DNA from: Mobula hypostoma
Lineage: Eukaryota
Assembly: GCF_963921235.1 (NCBI RefSeq)
Contig: NC_086097.1
Coordinates: 247,320,001-247,384,000, forward strand
Direction: 5' to 3'
DNA: 64,000 nt
The notes under the pieces were generated by a model, which was not told the origin of the DNA, ran no database searches, and was given only the letters and a program-made list of their open reading frames with translations. How positions within the stretch are numbered: position 1 is the stretch's first letter; each line of letters opens with the position of its first letter. This document shows positions 62,436 through 64,000 of this stretch, in pieces. The position numbers were made by a program, and so were the translations under genes.

Positions 62436-63138
62436 TGTAGCCCCCCGGCCAGCCTCAGGGTCGCTCGGCTCGCTGTCGTCTAGGGAAACAGCCCTCGGCC
62501 CCGCCAAACTGGGGAATCAGTTTGTGTGGATGCTGTGTGATGTACCCCACCCCGCCCAAATAACAGACAATACACCAGATACGATTAAATGATTTACAGT
62601 TTATAGATATTACTGGAACTATATAATTAATAGAGAATAAAATATAAAAGGAAAATAAAAGGCGCCACACTTATCAAAGTTCAATCTCTTTGCGCACAAA
62701 CAGTTGGAGCTCAGGACCCTTCTTCTTCACCTTATGACCCCTCAGGCCACCTCAACCGGCCGCCTGGGACCAACAACGGTGGTCGCCCAGATGCTCCACA
62801 TGAGTCCATCTTCGTCTCCCCTCCTCGCCGAACGCCCCACTCAGGGTCCGACCTCGTTAGCGGACTCACAGCACCTGGTCTATCCTCTGTCTCTCTCTCT
62901 CTCCCACCTTCTGCCCCAAAACCCCGCGCATACAATATCTTGCAGACACACCAAAAGCATAACAACTATCCCAATTGGTTTGTAACATCTTCTTATCAGT
63001 AACATGATCCAAACAAACTGCTAGCGGGAGGACTTTCTCAGCAGTTAACATAACAAAGAAGCCCTTTCAATTGTAACATAACAAAGAAGCCATTTTAATT
63101 AGACTACGCAGTGACATAAAAAAAAGAAACCCCTTACA
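62436..63138 (-). mobile_element. Solo LTR (703 bp)
   Basis: TGTAG...TTACA termini; TSD GTCA/GTAA; homologous to 24675-25230; splits an RTE-tailed SINE. Confidence 0.82.
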
Positions 63139-63221
63139 GTAAGTTTTTCTACAGAAGTGGTTTGCCATTGCCTTCTTCTGAGTAGTGTCTTTAAAAATGG
63201 GTGACCCCAGCCATTATCAGT

Positions 63222-64000
63222 ATAAGACCATAAGACCATAAGGCATAGGAGCAGAATTATGCCATCCACCCCATCAAGTTAGCTCCGCCATTCCATCATG
63301 GCTAATCCTGGATCCCACTAAATGCCATACACCTGCTTTCTTGCCATATCCTTTGATGCCCTGACTGATCAGGTTGAGGCAGGTTCGATGTTGGCATTTA
63401 AAGTTAAATTGGACAGCTACATGGACAGGAAAGGAATGGAGGGTTATGGGCTGAGTGCAGGTCGGTGGGACTAGGTGAGAGTAAGAGTTTGGCGCAGACT
63501 AGAAGGGCCAAGATGGCCTGTTTCCATGCTGTAATTGTTATATGGTTATATGGTTATATCAGGAAATTATCAACTACCGCCTTAAATATACACACGGATT
63601 TGGCCTCCACCGCAGTCTGTGGCAGAGCATTCCACAGATTCACCACCCTCTGGCTTAAAAAATTTCCTCCTTGCCTCTGTTCTAAAAGGTCACCCCTCAA
63701 TTTTGAGGCTGTGCCCTCTAGTTCTGGATACCCCCACCACAGGAAACATCCTCTCCACATCCACCCCAGCTAGTCCTTTCAATATTTGGAAGGTTTTAAT
63801 GAGATCCTCATGCATTCTTCTAAATTCCAGTGAGTACAGGCCCAAAGCTGCCAAACGCTCCTCATATGTTAACCCCTTCTTTCCTGAAATCATCCTGTAA
63901 ACCTCCTCTGGACTCTTTCCAATGACAACACATCGTTTCTGAGATATGGGGCCCAAAACTGTTGACAATACTTCAAGTGGGGCCCGACTGGTGTCTTATA
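63222..64000 (-). mobile_element. CR1 3' region with a nested opposite-strand CR1 tail (63372-63558)
   Basis: ORFs 63554..63760 and 63690..63968; (GTTATATG)n tail of the inner copy. Confidence 0.85.

Overview
This is repeat-dense vertebrate genomic DNA with no recognisable host gene, rRNA/tRNA gene or CRISPR array. It is probably intronic or intergenic DNA of a cartilaginous fish (inference from the CR1-dominated landscape plus HE1/V-type SINEs). Most of the window is nested transposon debris: CR1 LINEs (including one 5'-truncated copy with a stop-free ~818-codon ORF2), Rex1/Babar, L1, L2 and RTE LINEs, V- and CORE-type tRNA SINEs, short Penelope-type repeats, four copies of one deleted Tc1/mariner element and seven solo or partial LTRs. 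Nearly all ORF-track entries are fragments or antisense shadows of these. The most notable unexplained signals are: (1) minimal hammerhead-ribozyme motifs in the Penelope-type repeats; (2) a TSD-flanked bipartite Rex1/Babar non-autonomous element beside copies of its likely partner LINE; (3) two long inverted duplications of otherwise unique DNA, one just upstream of the best exon candidate; (4) a 'three-TIR' Tc1 derivative; (5) a minisatellite born inside a LINE. Family names come from recognised motifs, not database searches. Boundaries without TSDs are approximate, and identities are estimated by eye.
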